64,000 bases of DNA from an uncultured Clostridia bacterium. GTDB lineage: Bacteria; Bacillota; Clostridia; Christensenellales; UBA1242. Made by a program: the position numbers and the translations under genes. How positions within the stretch are numbered: position 1 is the stretch's first letter; each line of letters starts with the position of its first letter. The stretch is taken from NCBI GenBank assembly GCA_947588355.1, contig CANPYI010000006.1:1910-65909 (forward strand). The letters run 5' to 3'. Below the pieces are notes generated by a model, which saw only the letters and a program-made list of their open reading frames with translations, had not been told where the DNA came from and did no database searches. Positions 60,214 through 64,000 of this stretch are shown piece after piece.

Positions 60214-60930
60214 TCAGTCTTTTGTCAGATCAAGAAAATGTTCTTCCAAAGATTTTCCTGTTTTGGCAAACTTTTTCACATCGATCACTTCCAAAAGTTG
60301 TCCTTTGTGCATAATTCCCACTCTGTCGCACAGCTTTTCCACCATGTCGATGTTGTGTGAGGAAAAGAAAACCGAATTGCCAAGTTTTTTATGCTCAAGC
60401 ATGTATCCTTTAATCTCGGCCATGCTTTGTGGGTCAAGCCCCATAAGTGGTTCGTCCAGCACCCAAAATCGCGGATTGTGAATAAGTGCGGCAATAATAC
60501 AAATCTTTTGCTTCATTCCATGAGAATAAGACCTGATTTGCCTGTCCAAAAATTTGCTCATCGAAAACAATTCGGCAAATTTGTCAATTCGTTTTGCCAA
60601 GGTTTCTTTGTCAACACCATATATATTGCCCATAAACACGGCATATTCTTTTCCGGTCAGATTGTCGTAAACAGCATGATCGTCCGGAACATATCCTATG
60701 TTCATCTTTGCCTGAATAGGATTTTTTTTGATATCAAAGCCGCAAATAGAGATCTCCCCTTCGTCAAAAGGAATGATGCCAGTCAAACATTTTATTGTTG
60801 TACTTTTTCCTGCACCATTTTTGCCCAAAAAACCAAATATTTCGCCCTCGTTTAGCGACAAATTAAGGTTTCTGACGGAATATTTGTCGTTGTTTTTGTA
60901 TTTTTTGCTTAAGTTTTTTATTGTCAACAT
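60214..60930 (-). CDS. ABC transporter ATP-binding protein
   Basis: Walker A GKNGAGKST, degenerate signature YSHGMKQK, Walker B FWVLDEPLMGLD, H-loop FFSSHNIDMVE. I place the start at ATG 60930 (MLTIKNLSKKY, GAGGA upstream). The track's 61011 start lies upstream of the consensus promoter. Confidence 0.9.
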   Translation of the reverse strand: MLTIKNLSKKYKNNDKYSVRNLNLSLNEGEIFGFLGKNGAGKSTTIKCLTGIIPFDEGEISICGFDIKKNPIQAKMNIGYVPDDHAVYDNLTGKEYAVFMGNIYGVDKETLAKRIDKFAELFSMSKFLDRQIRSYSHGMKQKICIIAALIHNPRFWVLDEPLMGLDPQSMAEIKGYMLEHKKLGNSVFFSSHNIDMVEKLCDRVGIMHKGQLLEVIDVKKFAKTGKSLEEHFLDLTKD

Positions 60931-60955
60931 TTGTTTTATCCTCAAGTACGTTATT

Positions 60956-60984
60956 ATTATAACAATAAAGTGTGCTGTTGTCAA
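60956..60984 (-). promoter_or_regulatory. perfect consensus sigma-A-type promoter TTGACA-N17-TATAAT
   Basis: On the minus strand TTGACA is at 60984..60979, followed by a 17-nt spacer and TATAAT at 60961..60956, 25 nt upstream of ATG 60930. Confidence 0.75.
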
Positions 60985-61123
60985 TAGGCAATTTAAGCCA
61001 TTTTTGCGCACAAAATCTACTTGTTAATAAAAAATCTCAAATATTTGAACATGCATTTATTACAAACATAAAATTGTTGTACAGCAACCACAAATTACAA
61101 CTGCATTTTAAATAATTATGGCA

Positions 61124-61156
61124 ACAAAAAAAGAGACGGCCGTCTCTTTTTTTTGT
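61124..61156. terminator. rho-independent terminator after the lipoprotein gene (palindromic, bidirectional)
   Basis: AAGAGAC (61131-61137) / GTCTCTT (61142-61148) around the loop GGCC, with a flanking A-run and T-run. Confidence 0.8.
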
Positions 61157-61161
61157 TTTGG

Positions 61162-62415
61162 TTATTTTTCAACATATTTAACATCTATTGCAGTAACTTC
61201 ACCATCGCCAAGTTTAAGTGTGCACTTTCCTTGACTAAATTTTGAAAAGTCAAGTGCATGAGTAGGTTTTTGATCTTTTTTTGGATCGCTGTCCTTAGGT
61301 GTTACAACAACACCAACAACATTTCCTGCGTTAACATCTGCTTTCGCATTTACAACGAAGTCAACATCTGTTTTTCCGCCGTCAACAACAATTTCATATT
61401 CGCGCTTCACACTTCCGCCAACAACTCCGCCAACATTAACTGTTGAGCCAAACATAGGTGGATTGTTGTAATCAGCAGCTTCATCGCCTGCGTTGTTTAT
61501 TGTCACCTTGCCGTCCACCTGGCAGTTTTTATAAGTCACTCTTTCCCAGTTTGATTGTCCAACAACGCCGCCAACAAAAATTGCACCGCCGCCCATGTTA
61601 ACTTTGACATCAAGGTTTTTGACAGTTATGTTTTCACGCATAGCCATTGTTGTGTTAGGTTGCAAAAATTCACCACGCTGGAGTGTGTCAGCATCCAAGC
61701 CAATAAGTCCGCCGATAGCCATAGGAAATTCGCTGTTTGTGTTTGCCTTGCCATTTATTGTTATATCAACGGTCATATTTGTGAGTTTTACATTTTTGTA
61801 AACATTTGTTTTTTCTATAGTATTTGTCTCATCTGATGCTGCGCCTGAAGATTTTGAATATCCGACAAGTCCAACATGCAAACTTGATGCCGCTTCCCAA
61901 TCAGTACCTTTATCAAAAACGCTATTAACTTCGTTTTCGTTCAGATTACCTTCCAATTTAAAGTCCGCAAATTCAATATTTACAAGTTCTCCGCCATTTG
62001 CTTTCGGGAAAAGTCCCAAAACTTTGATTCCTGCTGACGCAGTTCCTGTCGCTGTTCCAACTTCTTTCACTTCGTTAATTTTAAAGTTTGAGATTTTGTG
62101 CCCAGCGCCATCAAATTTAAATGCAAGTCCGTAGTGGTCGGTTGATAGGATAGGTGCAAGGACATCTCCACCGCAGTCAATATCCTTTGCAAGATAGAGA
62201 TATTTGCCTTCTTCCGAAATTTCAGAATCAAGATAGGCTTTTGAATTGTAATCTTCAATAAAAGCTTTAAACTGGTCATAAGTTTCTATAATTATTGCAC
62301 CCTCACCTGGGGCTAAGTTGGGGCCACAAGCAGCAAGACCTGCAATGCTTAAGCCAAGTATTGCTGCAAGCGCAACTGCTTTTGTAATGTTTGAAAAGAT
62401 TTTTTTGACTTTCAT
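61162..62415 (-). CDS. lipoprotein with GLUG-like motifs (417 aa)
   Basis: Signal peptide with lipobox: MKVKKIFSNITKAVALAAILGLSIAGLAAC(30)GPN. It carries repeated GG(L/V)(I/V)G motifs (IGGLIGLD, VGGVVGQS, VGGVVGGS, VGLVGYS). AAGGAGA SD upstream. Confidence 0.8.
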   Translation of the reverse strand: MKVKKIFSNITKAVALAAILGLSIAGLAACGPNLAPGEGAIIIETYDQFKAFIEDYNSKAYLDSEISEEGKYLYLAKDIDCGGDVLAPILSTDHYGLAFKFDGAGHKISNFKINEVKEVGTATGTASAGIKVLGLFPKANGGELVNIEFADFKLEGNLNENEVNSVFDKGTDWEAASSLHVGLVGYSKSSGAASDETNTIEKTNVYKNVKLTNMTVDITINGKANTNSEFPMAIGGLIGLDADTLQRGEFLQPNTTMAMRENITVKNLDVKVNMGGGAIFVGGVVGQSNWERVTYKNCQVDGKVTINNAGDEAADYNNPPMFGSTVNVGGVVGGSVKREYEIVVDGGKTDVDFVVNAKADVNAGNVVGVVVTPKDSDPKKDQKPTHALDFSKFSQGKCTLKLGDGEVTAIDVKYVEK

Positions 62416-62440
62416 TTTTTTCTCCTTTTATTTTTTTAAA

Positions 62441-64000
62441 TCAAATCAATGCTTCATATTCTGGAATAGGGTCCACGTGTCTAGTGATTATGTTACTCTC
62501 TTTCCACTTCACCTCCCAATCAAAATTGCTTTCGCATATATTCATTGCATCAAAATAAGATGTTACATTTCCGCGCGCTTTGCTATATCTTACTTTGTCC
62601 TTATAGAAGACAATTTTATCTAAATACTGATTTGCAACGACAAACGAATATTGAGTGTCAAGATATTTGAAAACTTCGTAAGAAGGTTTGATAGCATTTT
62701 GGTCTGGATAACCGGTTGTATATAAGCCGAAAGTTAATGCAGAGCCATCACCCAGATTGTCAACGCCTCTGTAATAAATAAACGCGTCAACACAATCAAG
62801 GCTGACTGTTTTATAGTAAGCGTAAGCGATACCAGCAGCCTGTGCAGCAAGTGTGTATTCAGTTTGCAATGCACCACTGGCAACACCACCTTCTGTCAAA
62901 TACAATCTTCGGAGTTGGCCATTAAATTTTAATGCTTCCTGTGAAAGATATTGGTCATAAACTTCCAAATTTGTCCAAGTTATAACCTGTGTGGTTTTGA
63001 AATCTCCAGTTATTGAAGGATCTCTTGATTCCTTTTCCAAGAACACTGTTTCGCCAAGGTCTATTGGATAATTGTGTCCAGCAAGCCCCCAGTTAAAGTT
63101 TCCGGAATAACTTGTCTTTTCATTCAAAGTGTTCAAAAGATCATAAGGTGCATAAGATCCGTTCTCATTGCCATGACTATTCCAATAGTGAGCCAGAGAG
63201 ACAAGAACCATTGAGTCGTGATAATATTTTTTAAGTGCTTGGTCTGCAATGCGTAAAGCCCGCAAATATTCTTCAACATAATTGTTCACTTGCAACTCAT
63301 CATGTTTTCCATAATCAAAAGTTGGATTCCACTCAGCGCTTAAGTCCACTTCATTTCCGATAACATATCTATGTACCCAACCATATTTGCCGTCTTCACG
63401 TGAATAGCGTTCGCCCAAGAATTCCATAACGGCAGCAAAGTATTCCATGCCTTTTTCAGTTGAAGTGTCAAAAGCTCTTAATCTTGCATTTGAGTTTGTA
63501 TCTTTGTATCCCATGTAATATGGTGTGTTGTCATAATCAGTTGTATTGCCATTAAGACAAATCAAGACAACTTTGATATCATGTTTTTTACACTCCAAGA
63601 AGCGATCTTCCAAGGAATTTATGTAATTTTTGTCCATATAAAAGGTTTTGCCATTAAATTCAAATGTTTCTATGGAATCTGCCGGGCGAAGAGAGTTGTC
63701 TATTAAAATATCTTCACCATTCGGACCTGGCTTTTCATTTGGATAGATCACGTCGCTTAAGGCAATGTTATAAGCTGTCCAGCCGCAGCCTGTGTCTTGC
63801 AAAATCATATCAGAATCGCCAATCACACCCTTTTTTGTGGCTGTTACAGTTTTTTGTTCAAAGTTGCGCTCTGAATCAATTTGAGAAACATAAAACGGAC
63901 CCGCTACCAAACTTCCATCTTTTGCCAAAACAAATTTGTTGTAAAGTTGATCATAATCGCCGGAATATCTGTCAATCTTTAAGGTTGCTTCATTTCCAAC
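62441..64000 (-). CDS. TIM-barrel glycoside-hydrolase-like protein (clan GH-A pattern), 5'-truncated by the window edge
   Basis: I translated 63929-64000 by hand, and the frame stays open to the window edge (...VGNEATLKIDRYSGDYDQLYNKFV-LAKDG...). The TTG at 63928 is therefore not the real start. Candidate acid/base YVIGNEVD and nucleophile LYLTEGGV motifs are spaced as in GH-A enzymes. Family guess: DUF5722-like. Confidence 0.6.
   Translation of the reverse strand, partial: VGNEATLKIDRYSGDYDQLYNKFVLAKDGSLVAGPFYVSQIDSERNFEQKTVTATKKGVIGDSDMILQDTGCGWTAYNIALSDVIYPNEKPGPNGEDILIDNSLRPADSIETFEFNGKTFYMDKNYINSLEDRFLECKKHDIKVVLICLNGNTTDYDNTPYYMGYKDTNSNARLRAFDTSTEKGMEYFAAVMEFLGERYSREDGKYGWVHRYVIGNEVDLSAEWNPTFDYGKHDELQVNNYVEEYLRALRIADQALKKYYHDSMVLVSLAHYWNSHGNENGSYAPYDLLNTLNEKTSYSGNFNWGLAGHNYPIDLGETVFLEKESRDPSITGDFKTTQVITWTNLEVYDQYLSQEALKFNGQLRRLYLTEGGVASGALQTEYTLAAQAAGIAYAYYKTVSLDCVDAFIYYRGVDNLGDGSALTFGLYTTGYPDQNAIKPSYEVFKYLDTQYSFVVANQYLDKIVFYKDKVRYSKARGNVTSYFDAMNICESNFDWEVKWKESNIITRHVDPIPEYEALI

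Noticed and set aside
1-64000. Use of genetic code 4 (TGA = Trp), as in Mycoplasma and Spiroplasma, given the AT-richness and absence of wall anchors.
   Set aside because: The giant ORFs are open under the standard code with Trp encoded by TGG (e.g. NLWWLW = AAT TTG TGG TGG CTG TGG at about 4790-4803). TGA functions as the stop in the ATGA overlap at 44955-44958.
1-64000. A mobile element or horizontally acquired island explanation for the giant genes.
   Set aside because: No integrase, transposase, tRNA target, flanking inverted repeats or obvious compositional break was seen. Housekeeping genes are interleaved, and the promoters and SDs look uniform across the window.

Overview
AT-rich chromosomal segment with almost all genes on the minus strand. 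It looks Bacillota-like: strong GGAGG Shine-Dalgarno sites, TTGACx-N17/18-TAxAAT promoters, and the standard genetic code (TGA is a stop, Trp is TGG). Four giant secreted repeat proteins of 9,209, 2,575, 2,050 and 1,698 aa occupy 46,608 of the 64,000 nt (about 73%). They sit among ordinary housekeeping genes: an ABC-2 exporter pair, a Lys-rich DUF2188-type protein, an alpha/beta hydrolase, tmk, a ZIP metal transporter and an nrdD-nrdG-dut operon with two NrdR-like boxes. The 9,209-aa ORF is a monocistronic adhesin-like protein with about 50 Listeria-Bacteroides (InlB B-type) repeats and a second half of alternating MucBP-like and Ig-like modules. It ends in a transmembrane helix rather than a cell-wall sorting signal. 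The 2,575-aa protein is N-terminally anchored, carries about nine copies of a ~180-aa repeat I cannot assign to any family, and is translationally coupled (ATGA) to a 367-aa membrane protein. The 2,050-aa (Big_2 array plus beta-helix) and 1,698-aa (MBG array) proteins appear co-transcribed with an ABC ATPase/permease pair from a perfect consensus promoter. A GLUG-type lipoprotein and a 5'-truncated GH-A-like glycosidase lie at the right edge. I saw no rRNA, tRNA, CRISPR array, transposase, integrase or recognisable defence gene. All family assignments come from reading motifs by eye, with no HMM or BLAST search.
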